A DNA stretch of 37,238 nucleotides, taken from the IMG/VR virus record IMGVR_UViG_3300028585_000531, positions 1 through 37,238 of that record; one strand, written 5' to 3'. The translations under genes and the position numbers were made by a program. Source of the stretch: a virus. Taxonomy: Duplodnaviria; Caudoviricetes. The notes beneath the pieces were generated by a model. That model did not search any database. It was given only the letters and a program-made list of their open reading frames with translations, and was not told where the DNA came from. Shown here piece by piece: positions 25,455-34,297 of this stretch (its first letter is position 1; each line of letters starts with the position of its first letter).

Positions 25455-28400
25455 ATGGCAGGCCCCCGCGCACTGATTGAATTGATTGTAGACGGCGCTG
25501 ACGAAAGTCGTCGCCGTATCGAGACCGTACGTGACGCGATGCGCGGTATGGATAGCGAGTCGCTTGAGCGCATATCAGGGCAGATGGGTGGCTTGACCGA
25601 CAGGTTCGAGGTCTTGCAGTCGACCGTCGGAAAGGTGGCCGGCTTCGCCGTCGCAGGACTCTCACTGGCGACGCTCGGATCAAAGGTGGTCGATGCCATG
25701 AACTCGATGGCCGAACTGGACGACCTGTCGCAGAAGGTCGGTACCAGCGTCGAGCGCCTGTCGCAGATCCAGAAAGCAGCCAAGGCGTTCGGTGTCGATT
25801 TCGCAGGCGCGGTCGACCCGGCGATCGTGAAACTGTCGATCGGCCTGAGCACCGTAGATGAGAAGTCGAGCCAGGCGCGCAAGGCGCTGGCCGCCATTGG
25901 CATGACCGCCAGGGACAGCGCCGGCAAGATACGCGACCCAGGTGACGCCATGGTCGAAGTGGCCAAGAGGTTGCAGGATTACGAGGATGGTGCCGGGAAA
26001 GCGGCAGTCGTGAACGCACTCTTCGGTGAGTCCGGCGTCAAGCTCATGCCATTCTTAAACGACCTGGCAGATAGCGTCGACGGCTTCTCTGTCGTTACAA
26101 AAGAAGCGGTCGCGCAGGCAACTGGCCTGCAAGACAAGTTCACCGCATTGGGCCAGCGAACCGATGAAGTGTTCCAGAAGGTCACCATAGCCGCGCTTCC
26201 CGCGATGTCCGGCCTGGCGCAGGGCTTCGCCGATGTTTTGAAGGCACAGGATGGAATCGTCGATTCCGGTGAGCTGGGCGATTGGTCCAAGAGCGTGGCT
26301 ATGGGCATTGCACGTGTCGCCGATGTCGCCGTGCTCGGCGCAAGAACGGTCTCGGCGCTGAGCAGCAGCGTGAAGGTCATGGTGGCTGACTTGGAGTTGC
26401 TATGGACCGTGTCGCCAGCAAATATGGCAATCAACCTGGCGCAAGGAAAATCGCCGCTCGACGAGGTTCGTAAGGTATCCGCGGAGCGGGACAAGATACT
26501 GGAAGGTGCGAACAAAAAGTGGAAGGATTTCTATAACGCATCAGGTAACGATTTTGAGCAGGCAGTGCTCAAGCAGTTTACCAATCGAGTTGTCGATACT
26601 GCTCCGAACCCAGGCAAGGGCGACAAAAAAAAAGGGCAGGTCGATTTCGGGAATGGTGGTGCGGCAGCAGATGCGCAGGCTGATGCCTATCGCAAGCTGA
26701 CGGCTGCCATTCAGGCAAAGATTGTCCAGTCGAATCTGGAACTGCAAAACGCCGCGCCGTTGTCCGCGAGCCAGCAGGAACAACTGCGTCTCACGGAGCA
26801 GTACGCTGCAGTGAAGAGCAAGCTCTCGCCCATCCAGCGCGCGAACGTTGAAGCTTTGATTCAGGAAGCTGTAACGACGCTGGAGGTGATCGAATCGAAT
26901 AAGCGCGCAGCCGAGGGCCTGGAGTCGTACAACAAGCAGCGTGCCCAATACGAGGCCAGCGCGGCAAAGGCGATCGCGGACGCTCAGGCGGAGGCAGCGA
27001 CCAACGAGCAGCTCGCTCTTACTTTCGGCAAGACCAAGGGCGAGATCGAGGCCCTCGAACTGGCACGACTGGAAGAACAGTTGGCACAGCGGTCGTCGAA
27101 GATCCTGACGCTTGACGAGATTGCAAACCTGGAACAGTTAATCGCTGCTAAGAAACGCAACGCGGCTGCGCTTGGCAAAATCGACACTATGGAAGCTGGC
27201 CGCAAAGCTGCCGAGTCGTTGGATGCCTTCCTTGATCCTGCTCGCGCCCAGTCATTCGGCGAAGCTCTGCGCGAAGCGTTCGGCGGGGCCGGCACTGCGA
27301 TCTCGGAATTGACTTCGTCGCTTGACGGTTTCAGCAAGCGTCAGGCGGATTTCGACAAGCAACGTGCAAACGCTAAGCTAGCGCGCGACGCCGGAGCGAA
27401 GACCGAGATGCAGTACATTCAGGACATGTCGCGCCTGAGCGAGATGGAGACCAAGAACCGCCTGTCCGGATACGGCGACATGGCCGGCGCGGCGGCCGGT
27501 TTCTTCGGCGAGCAGAGCCGCGGCTACCAGGTGATGATGACGGTGTCGAAAGCGTTCCACGCCGCCGAGCTGGCGATGACGATGGCCGAGCTGGTACCGA
27601 AGGGGATCAGCGCCGTCCTGAGCCAGGGCAGCGGCGACCCGTACACCGCATTCGGCCGCATGGCAGCGATGGCCGCCATTGTGGCCGGCCTGGGCGTGGC
27701 GATCGGCGGCATCGGTGGCAGCGGCAAGGACACAACCGCGAAGGACCGACAGGCCGCGTTCGGTACCGGCTCGGTGTTCGGCGACGCCGACGCGAAGTCG
27801 GACTCGATCGCGCGCGCCATGTCGATCCTGGAAGAGAACTCGGGCATCCAGCTGAGCTACACCTCGGACATGGTGTCGTCGCTGCGCAGCATCGAGAACT
27901 CGCTGGGCGGCCTGGGCAACCTGCTGGTGCGCACGGCCGGCCTGACCGGTCAGATGGCGCCGAACAAGAATGGTGGCGCTTACGATTTCGGTGCTTCGAC
28001 GACGGGCCTGATGGCCACCGGCGGCCCGCTGGCCGTGGTGCTGGACAAGCTGACCGGCGGCCTGGTCGGTAAGCTGACTGGCAAGATCTTCAACGGTCTC
28101 TTCGGCGGCAAGGTCACGACCCTGGACACCGGCGTCACCTTCGGCGCGAAGTCCCTGGCCGACGTGTTCCAGACCGGAGTCGTGGCGAACCAGTACACCG
28201 ACACCAAGAAGGACGGTGGTCTGTTCGGCAGCGACAAGTACCGGACCCAGCTGGCAGGCCTGGGCGGCGAAGCGGACGCACAGTTCTCCCTGATCATCAG
28301 GAACCTGGCGTCGACCATTGGCGAGGCCGGTGATCTGCTTGGCCTGCAGGGCGACGCGTTCAATACCCGCCTCAACAGCTTCGTGGTCGACATGGGCAAG

Positions 28401-30326
28401 ATCTCGCTCAAGGACATGAAGGCCGAGGACATCCAGAAAGCCCTCGAAGCCGGCTTCTCGAAGCTGGGCGACGATATGGCGAAGTGGGGCGTCGCGGGCC
28501 TGGAGCAGTTCCAGCAGGTCGGCGAGGGCTACTTCGAGACCCTGGCACGCGTGTCGTCGAACTACGCGAATCTCGACTCGATCATGATGTCGATCGGTAC
28601 CACGTTCGGCGCGGTCGGCATCGAAAGCCTGACTGCGCGCGAGCGCCTGATCGCCATGGGTGGCGGCATCAGTTCGCTGGCCGGTCAGGCCGATTCGTTC
28701 GCGCAGAACTTCCTGACCGAGGCGCAGCGCCTGGCGCCCGTCCAGAAGTACGTCACCGAGCAGCTGGCGGCCATGGGCCTGTCGTCGGTCAACACCCGCG
28801 ATAAATTCCGTGATGTCGCCCTGGGCATGGACAAGACGACGGAAGCGGGCGCCAAGCAGTTCACCGCCCTGATGAACCTGGCCGACGTGTTCGCCCAGGT
28901 GTACCCGGCCGTCGAGGATTTCAGCAAATCGATGCAGGAGATCGCCGACGAGCGCAAGAGCCTGCAGGACCGGCTCGACGAATTGACCATGACGCGCGAG
29001 CAGCTGCTGGCGAAGGAACGCGATGCGCTGGACGAAAGCAACCGTCCGCTGTGGGATCGCATCCAGGCACTGGAGGCCGAAAGTCTGGCTATCCAGTCCG
29101 TCAAGGACGTGGCCGCGGGCCTGCTGGGCGGCGTCGACGGCGCGTTCGGTGTCCTGCAGCGCGTCGTCGATCGCGAACAGGCGCTGCTGCAGACCCAGGT
29201 CAAGGCGCACACCGACGCGGCCAACAAGCTGCGCGCGGTGACGTCGAGCCTGCGCAGCACGATCGACGGCATGCGTGGCCCAGGCCAGGAGGTTGCCGAC
29301 CGTGCGCGCGCCCAAGGCGATCTGTCGATGTTCATCTCGCTCGCACGGGCCGGCGGCGTGTTCCCGGATTCGGACAAGTTGCAGTCGACGCTGAACATCC
29401 TGTCGCAGGACGCGAGCGCGCAGTTCGAGACGTTTGCCGATTACCAGCGCGACTTCTTCAGCACCCGCAACAGCATGGCCGATCTGGCGGCGCTGTCCGA
29501 TGCGGCGCTGACGACCGAGGAACGCACGCTCAAGACTCTGGAAGAACAGCTGAATTCGTTCGACGAGATGCTCAAGCGCGAGCAGGAGCAGATCGACGTG
29601 CTCAAGGGGCAGAGCATTACCGGCCTGTCGATCCTTGACGCGCTGCGGGCGCTCCAGGGCACCATGCTGGCTGCGCAGCAGAACCCGTTCGTTGCCTCGT
29701 CGGCGGCAATCAACAGCGCTTACCAGACCCACCTGGGTCGGGCGCCAGACGCCGCCGGCTTCGACTGGTGGAAGAACGCGGCCGCGTCAGGCACGCCGAT
29801 CGGCCAGATCGTCGATGGTATTGCCAACTCGACCGAGGGCAAGCTGAACAAGCTGTACGAGAGCGTGCTGGGTCGCGCGCCGGACGCCGAAGGGCTGGCG
29901 TTCTGGATGAAGGCCTACGGCTCGACGATGGATGCGGGGGAGATCGCCGACTTCACGAAGGTGGCGCAGGGCACGGACGAGTGGAAGAAGCTCAACAAGG
30001 TTCCGGGTTTCGCTACAGGCGGCGACCACGCCGGCGGCTGGCGCATCGTGGGAGAGAACGGCCCGGAGCTGGAGGCCACCGGTTCGTCGCGCATCTTCAA
30101 CGCCAGCCAGACCAGCAACATCATGAACCGCCTGATGCAACCATCCAGCGGAAGCGATGCCTTGGTGGCCGAGGTACGCGCGCTGCGCGCCGAAGTGGCG
30201 ATGCTGCGCGAGGCCAACAGCGCCGAGAACCGCGCGATCGCGGGCGGCGCGCAGGCCACGGCTGAGCACCTGGACGCCGCAATCAACGGCGACAAGCCAT
30301 TCGCAACGAAAGCGGTACCAGCATGA
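25455..30326 (+). CDS. tail tape measure protein (1623 aa)
   Basis: Long Ala/Leu/Gln-rich helical protein after the chaperones; C-terminal PGFATGG...VGENGPELE. Confidence 0.9.
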   Translation: MAGPRALIELIVDGADESRRRIETVRDAMRGMDSESLERISGQMGGLTDRFEVLQSTVGKVAGFAVAGLSLATLGSKVVDAMNSMAELDDLSQKVGTSVERLSQIQKAAKAFGVDFAGAVDPAIVKLSIGLSTVDEKSSQARKALAAIGMTARDSAGKIRDPGDAMVEVAKRLQDYEDGAGKAAVVNALFGESGVKLMPFLNDLADSVDGFSVVTKEAVAQATGLQDKFTALGQRTDEVFQKVTIAALPAMSGLAQGFADVLKAQDGIVDSGELGDWSKSVAMGIARVADVAVLGARTVSALSSSVKVMVADLELLWTVSPANMAINLAQGKSPLDEVRKVSAERDKILEGANKKWKDFYNASGNDFEQAVLKQFTNRVVDTAPNPGKGDKKKGQVDFGNGGAAADAQADAYRKLTAAIQAKIVQSNLELQNAAPLSASQQEQLRLTEQYAAVKSKLSPIQRANVEALIQEAVTTLEVIESNKRAAEGLESYNKQRAQYEASAAKAIADAQAEAATNEQLALTFGKTKGEIEALELARLEEQLAQRSSKILTLDEIANLEQLIAAKKRNAAALGKIDTMEAGRKAAESLDAFLDPARAQSFGEALREAFGGAGTAISELTSSLDGFSKRQADFDKQRANAKLARDAGAKTEMQYIQDMSRLSEMETKNRLSGYGDMAGAAAGFFGEQSRGYQVMMTVSKAFHAAELAMTMAELVPKGISAVLSQGSGDPYTAFGRMAAMAAIVAGLGVAIGGIGGSGKDTTAKDRQAAFGTGSVFGDADAKSDSIARAMSILEENSGIQLSYTSDMVSSLRSIENSLGGLGNLLVRTAGLTGQMAPNKNGGAYDFGASTTGLMATGGPLAVVLDKLTGGLVGKLTGKIFNGLFGGKVTTLDTGVTFGAKSLADVFQTGVVANQYTDTKKDGGLFGSDKYRTQLAGLGGEADAQFSLIIRNLASTIGEAGDLLGLQGDAFNTRLNSFVVDMGKISLKDMKAEDIQKALEAGFSKLGDDMAKWGVAGLEQFQQVGEGYFETLARVSSNYANLDSIMMSIGTTFGAVGIESLTARERLIAMGGGISSLAGQADSFAQNFLTEAQRLAPVQKYVTEQLAAMGLSSVNTRDKFRDVALGMDKTTEAGAKQFTALMNLADVFAQVYPAVEDFSKSMQEIADERKSLQDRLDELTMTREQLLAKERDALDESNRPLWDRIQALEAESLAIQSVKDVAAGLLGGVDGAFGVLQRVVDREQALLQTQVKAHTDAANKLRAVTSSLRSTIDGMRGPGQEVADRARAQGDLSMFISLARAGGVFPDSDKLQSTLNILSQDASAQFETFADYQRDFFSTRNSMADLAALSDAALTTEERTLKTLEEQLNSFDEMLKREQEQIDVLKGQSITGLSILDALRALQGTMLAAQQNPFVASSAAINSAYQTHLGRAPDAAGFDWWKNAAASGTPIGQIVDGIANSTEGKLNKLYESVLGRAPDAEGLAFWMKAYGSTMDAGEIADFTKVAQGTDEWKKLNKVPGFATGGDHAGGWRIVGENGPELEATGSSRIFNASQTSNIMNRLMQPSSGSDALVAEVRALRAEVAMLREANSAENRAIAGGAQATAEHLDAAINGDKPFATKAVPA

Positions 30327-31366
30327 TCATCGTTGACCCGGTTACCTTGGGCACGGTGACGTGCACTCGCGCCGCTTCGGCCCCGTACTACGACCGCAAT
30401 GGCGTGCAGCAGATGGCGCCGGCCAATACCCTCCGGGTCACCTATGACCCTGCGGACTTGAGCAAGGCACCGTACGTCTTGCTCGATGCCGGCGAGGTGA
30501 TTGGCCCCGGGGCCGGCATCGTGTATTCGAACGTGCCGATCACCGAGGCAGCGTACGTCACCACGGCGACCTATGCCAAGGACGTGCTGGTGCACGAGGC
30601 GGCGACGGAGAAAGTGTTCCAGTCACTGATCGCCAACAACGTCGGGAAGGCGCTGACGGATACGACTGCGTGGACGCCGCGCGGCGTGACGAACCGCCGG
30701 AAGATGCTCGACGAATACAACAACACGCAGACCGAGTCGCCCGATGAAATCATCCTGGTGCTGTCGCCGGAGGCGATCTGCCAGGGCATGTATCTGGGGA
30801 ACGTGTTCGCCGACGAGATCCGCATCAGCGTGGTCGATCCAGTCGAGGGCCTGGTCTACACCGAGACGGCTGAACTGGTCGAATCGACGTCGGCCAGCTC
30901 TTTCTTCAACTGGTGCTTCAAGCGGATCCGTCGCAAAGACTTCTTCGGCACGTTGAAGATGCCGGTGTATGCCAATGCGCTAATCACGATCTGCATTCGC
31001 AAGATTGGCGGCGTGGCGAAGTGCGGCATGGCCGGCGTCGGACCTGTCGACGACTTCGGGCCGACGCTGCTTGGCTTGTCGACCGAGGGCAAGGACTACT
31101 CGAGCACCACGTTCAATTTCGATGGCACAAGCAGCACGGTGAGGCGGCCGTACGCCAAGCGAATGTCGTGTGATGTCAGCGTCGATAACGACCAGGTCGA
31201 ATACCTGCAAGGGAGGTTGTTCGAGCGCCGGCAGCAGATGCTGTTCTGGTTCGGTGGCGGGCCTGGCGGATCCACTGTGGTCGCCGGGCGCTACGGCAGC
31301 TTCAAAGTCGTTTTCCAGTACCAGATGAAATCACTCATGAGTTTAACTATTGAAGGAGCCGTGTAA
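30323..31366 (+). CDS. putative distal tail / tail-tip protein (347 aa)
   Basis: ATGA-coupled to the tape measure gene; DYS....DG....VRRPYAKRM C-terminal pattern. Confidence 0.6.
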   Translation: MIIVDPVTLGTVTCTRAASAPYYDRNGVQQMAPANTLRVTYDPADLSKAPYVLLDAGEVIGPGAGIVYSNVPITEAAYVTTATYAKDVLVHEAATEKVFQSLIANNVGKALTDTTAWTPRGVTNRRKMLDEYNNTQTESPDEIILVLSPEAICQGMYLGNVFADEIRISVVDPVEGLVYTETAELVESTSASSFFNWCFKRIRRKDFFGTLKMPVYANALITICIRKIGGVAKCGMAGVGPVDDFGPTLLGLSTEGKDYSSTTFNFDGTSSTVRRPYAKRMSCDVSVDNDQVEYLQGRLFERRQQMLFWFGGGPGGSTVVAGRYGSFKVVFQYQMKSLMSLTIEGAV

Positions 31367-32394
31367 TGGCGGGGATCACCACATTCCTGGACGAATCGAA
31401 AATGCCGAATCGGACGCAGGAGCAGAAGTTGTTCGATAACTTGATGGCGGCTGTATTTCAGAACTTTCCCAAATGGGGCCGCGAGGTCAATGAAACCCTT
31501 GGGGCGCTCAATGCGTTGGCCGCTGGTGGTGTGTATGCGATTCCATACGTATTCGATACCGCGACCGCCGATGCCGATCCTGGCCCAGGCAAGCTGCGAC
31601 TGTCGGCCGCAACGCAGAATAGCGCGACGGTAATGCGACTGGACCTGACCGCCAGCGGGCAGGACTACGCGACGCTGATCGACACGATGGACGGCTCGAC
31701 CAGCTTCATCAAGGGTTCGATCCGCTTGGTGAAGCAGGGCGACCTGAGCAAGTGGATGACGTTTGACGTCACCGCGCGCGCAGCGCCCACCGGCTACCGG
31801 AATCTCGCCGTCGCGTGCACAGATAGCAGTGCGGCCAGTCCGTTTGTTGCGGGCGATGCCTTGATGCTGTTTTTCCAGCGCAATGGGGATAAAGGTGACG
31901 TCGGCACAAGTGGATTGGTTCCGCTCGCGTCCGCAACGATTGCATCCTCAGTTGCAACTATTGATTTTCTGAATGTTTTTAGTACTTTGTATGACAAATA
32001 CACGATCGAAATTCAGGGGCTATTAGGCACTATGGACCCTTCGGTTGATGGCTCTACGACCAGGCTTCAATTGGCCTATGGGGGGCAAGCTGACTCATCG
32101 GCTGCTGGTTACCGAGGTAACGTCAGTAATGGCCTGAGTCTGGGCGGAGCATTCAAAACTAGCGCCGCAACTTTAACTATCGAGATTCGCAATACGAACA
32201 CCAGTGACATTAAAAGCGTAGGCATCAGGGGTTTTTCGTCTTCGACTAACAGCGACCCCGTCTTTGTCATGTCCGAGAATTGTCACAAGCGGACGGGCCT
32301 TTGCAGCGGATTCAGGATAGTTGCATCTGGCACAAGCGCTGCAGTCCCTTTCACGGCGGGCACAATCCGCATTTTTGGAAACAGGAATTTTTAA
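31366..32394 (+). CDS. putative tail fibre / receptor-binding protein (342 aa)
   Basis: FD.AT.DADPGPGKLRL, GDKGDVG collagen-like hinge, AT-richer variable C-terminus; followed by a chaperone-like gene. Confidence 0.68.
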   Translation: MAGITTFLDESKMPNRTQEQKLFDNLMAAVFQNFPKWGREVNETLGALNALAAGGVYAIPYVFDTATADADPGPGKLRLSAATQNSATVMRLDLTASGQDYATLIDTMDGSTSFIKGSIRLVKQGDLSKWMTFDVTARAAPTGYRNLAVACTDSSAASPFVAGDALMLFFQRNGDKGDVGTSGLVPLASATIASSVATIDFLNVFSTLYDKYTIEIQGLLGTMDPSVDGSTTRLQLAYGGQADSSAAGYRGNVSNGLSLGGAFKTSAATLTIEIRNTNTSDIKSVGIRGFSSSTNSDPVFVMSENCHKRTGLCSGFRIVASGTSAAVPFTAGTIRIFGNRNF

Positions 32395-32835
32395 ATGACC
32401 ATCCAGGTAATGGTTGATGGCGTCACCCGCGACGCCACTCCGGAGGAGTTGCTTGAAATCGAAAGCCGCGGTACGGTGGATATCGCTGCGATGCGGGCCG
32501 AGAAAAATGAGCAGATCAATGCCTGGCGCGCGTCCGCGAACATGTCGACGTTCCCGCACGAAGGTCACCGATTCGCGTGCGATGCGCTGTCGCGATCTGA
32601 TATCGATGGCGTGGCCAATCACGTCGCGTTGTTCGGCACATTCCCCGATGGTTTCCCAGGAGCGTGGAAGGCCACTGACAACACGCTGTTGCCGCTCCTC
32701 GACGTCGACGCATTCCGGGCGATGTACTCCTCGATGACTGCGCAGGGCACCGATAATTTTAACCGTTCGCAATCGCTGAAAGCGCTGCTGGCAGATGCCA
32801 TCACGCCCGAAGAGATCGCGGCAATCGCTTGGTGA
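32395..32835 (+). CDS. DUF4376-like tail fibre assembly protein
   Basis: K..QINAWR, F.CD..SR..I, WKATDNT...L, C-terminal EIAAIAW. Confidence 0.75.
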   Translation: MTIQVMVDGVTRDATPEELLEIESRGTVDIAAMRAEKNEQINAWRASANMSTFPHEGHRFACDALSRSDIDGVANHVALFGTFPDGFPGAWKATDNTLLPLLDVDAFRAMYSSMTAQGTDNFNRSQSLKALLADAITPEEIAAIAW

Positions 32836-32839
32836 TCGC

Positions 32840-33355
32840 ATGAAGCCTCTCGATCCTACAATGGGTGGCGGCTACGTTACGATCCGCCTCACCAGCCGCT
32901 GGCCCTACAACCCAATCAGCTTGGGCATCGGTGTCGCTTCTGGCTCGCGTCAGTTCAGTCACGCGATAGCGATCATCGGCGATCGCGCGTATGAATCCGC
33001 AATGCCCCACGGCTGCCGGTCGGGAACCGTCGCCGAGATGATGGCAGGGGTAGTCGTGTTTCGCGATATGCGCGTCTGGGTGCCTGACCTGGATGCGGCG
33101 CGTAAGTTCGCGGAGAGCCAGGAGGGGAAGGGCTACGACTGGTGGGGGGCTGTTGGTATTCCGCTGACCTACTCGCAGGACTGGAACAACGAGAACCGTT
33201 GGTGGTGCAGCGAGTACGTGTTCGCCATCGTCAAGGCTGGCGGCACGCTGCTGTTCGACCCCGACGTGATGGGGCGCGTACGTCCCATCGATCTGCACAT
33301 GCCCAACTACCCGAAAACCACCATCGCATACCTTCGTCCAGCCCTCATCAAATAG
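32840..33355 (+). CDS. permuted papain-like NlpC/P60 (YiiX/YebB-like) enzyme
   Basis: FSHA.A His first, then SQEGKGYDW and RWWCSE Cys. Confidence 0.78.
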   Translation: MKPLDPTMGGGYVTIRLTSRWPYNPISLGIGVASGSRQFSHAIAIIGDRAYESAMPHGCRSGTVAEMMAGVVVFRDMRVWVPDLDAARKFAESQEGKGYDWWGAVGIPLTYSQDWNNENRWWCSEYVFAIVKAGGTLLFDPDVMGRVRPIDLHMPNYPKTTIAYLRPALIK

Positions 33356-33396
33356 TCTCATTCTTCCGAGAAATGAGACAGCGTCAGCGTGACACT
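33354..33396 (+). promoter_or_regulatory. late promoter 3 (lysis cassette)
   Basis: AGTCTCA-TTCTTCCGAGAAA-TGAGACA, then 10 nt, then GACACT. Confidence 0.72.
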
Positions 33397-33449
33397 GTGG
33401 TCTTCCCGGCCGGTGCGCCGGGCCACAGCTGACGATGAGAGAAGAACGA

Positions 33450-33830
33450 ATGAGCGAACCAATTTCCGGCACGGCCGCCGGTGTAGCGGGCTGGAAGATT
33501 ATCGGCGGGCTTGCCGGCATGGGCGGCATCGCAGCCGGCATGGCTGCTTTCGTCGTCATGACCATGACAACCCCAACGGACAGGAAAGAATGGCGCGTTG
33601 CGCTGGCGTGCACGCTCGTCGGCTCGATCGGCGGCGGGGCCGCGCTGATCAAATATGTCGGCGTCGAGAACTGGTCGCATGACCTGATCGGCCTGATGGC
33701 GCAGGGCGGACTGATGTTCTTCTGCGGTCTGCCTGCATGGGCGGCCGTGCGGGCCTTGTTCAAGTTCACCAACAAGCGGCGCGATGCGGATCTGGCCGAG
33801 ATCGTCAACGACGTGAAGGGGATGATGTGA
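33450..33830 (+). CDS. putative holin
   Basis: About three hydrophobic segments and a charged C-terminus; directly before the endolysin; alternative start at 33435. Confidence 0.72.
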   Translation: MSEPISGTAAGVAGWKIIGGLAGMGGIAAGMAAFVVMTMTTPTDRKEWRVALACTLVGSIGGGAALIKYVGVENWSHDLIGLMAQGGLMFFCGLPAWAAVRALFKFTNKRRDADLAEIVNDVKGMM

Positions 33831-34297
33831 TGCCCCCGACCGCATTCATCAACCTCCTGCTGCCTGCTGCCCAAGCGGGCCATCGCGAGCACGGCATTCC
33901 CGCATCGTTCACCTTGGCCCAGGCAGCACTCGAATCCGGCTGGGGCGCCCGCGCGCCCGGTAACAATCTATTCGGCATCAAGGCCGATCGCTCCTGGAAG
34001 GGCAAGACCGTCGACGTGCCGACGCACGAATATGTTGGCGGCAAACGTGTGGATATCGTCGACAAGTTCCGTGCTTATAACAACCTGGCCGACTGCGTTG
34101 CCGATCGGTGCCGCTTCTTCAAGATCAACCCGCGCTACCGCGACTGCTTCCGCGAGGTGACTGGCGAGGCCTGGGCGCGCGCCGCGCAGAGGGCTGGCTA
34201 CGCAACCGATCCGAAGTATGCCGAGAACCTGATCGCCGTCATGCGCGGTCGGAGGATGGCGCAGTACGACGTGCTGCCGTCCGCGGTGCCGGCATGA
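33830..34297 (+). CDS. endolysin, GH73 glucosaminidase / FlgJ-like
   Basis: LAQAALESGWG, NNLFGIKA, GYATDPKYA. Confidence 0.9.
   Translation: MPPTAFINLLLPAAQAGHREHGIPASFTLAQAALESGWGARAPGNNLFGIKADRSWKGKTVDVPTHEYVGGKRVDIVDKFRAYNNLADCVADRCRFFKINPRYRDCFREVTGEAWARAAQRAGYATDPKYAENLIAVMRGRRMAQYDVLPSAVPA

Noticed and set aside
23509-26633. Poly-A tracts (A8 near 23509, A9 at 25354 and 26625) as phase-variation switches
   Set aside because: All are in frame and encode Lys runs in presumably essential tail genes; nothing in a single sequence supports slippage
9172-29732. Long antisense ORFs (e.g. 9172-11100, 21130-22590, 27378-29732; also 1497-2876 and 3009-4484)
   Set aside because: Shadow frames of high-GC3 genes on the opposite strand, with no motifs
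17263-33355. Diversity-generating retroelement acting on fibre genes
   Set aside because: No reverse transcriptase ORF and no TR/VR repeat pair noticed
15476-33380. The three 27-bp dyads as CRISPR repeats, terminators or transposon ends
   Set aside because: They are kilobases apart, lack U-tracts, no cas or transposase gene is present, and each sits at fixed spacing from a -10 box at an operon start
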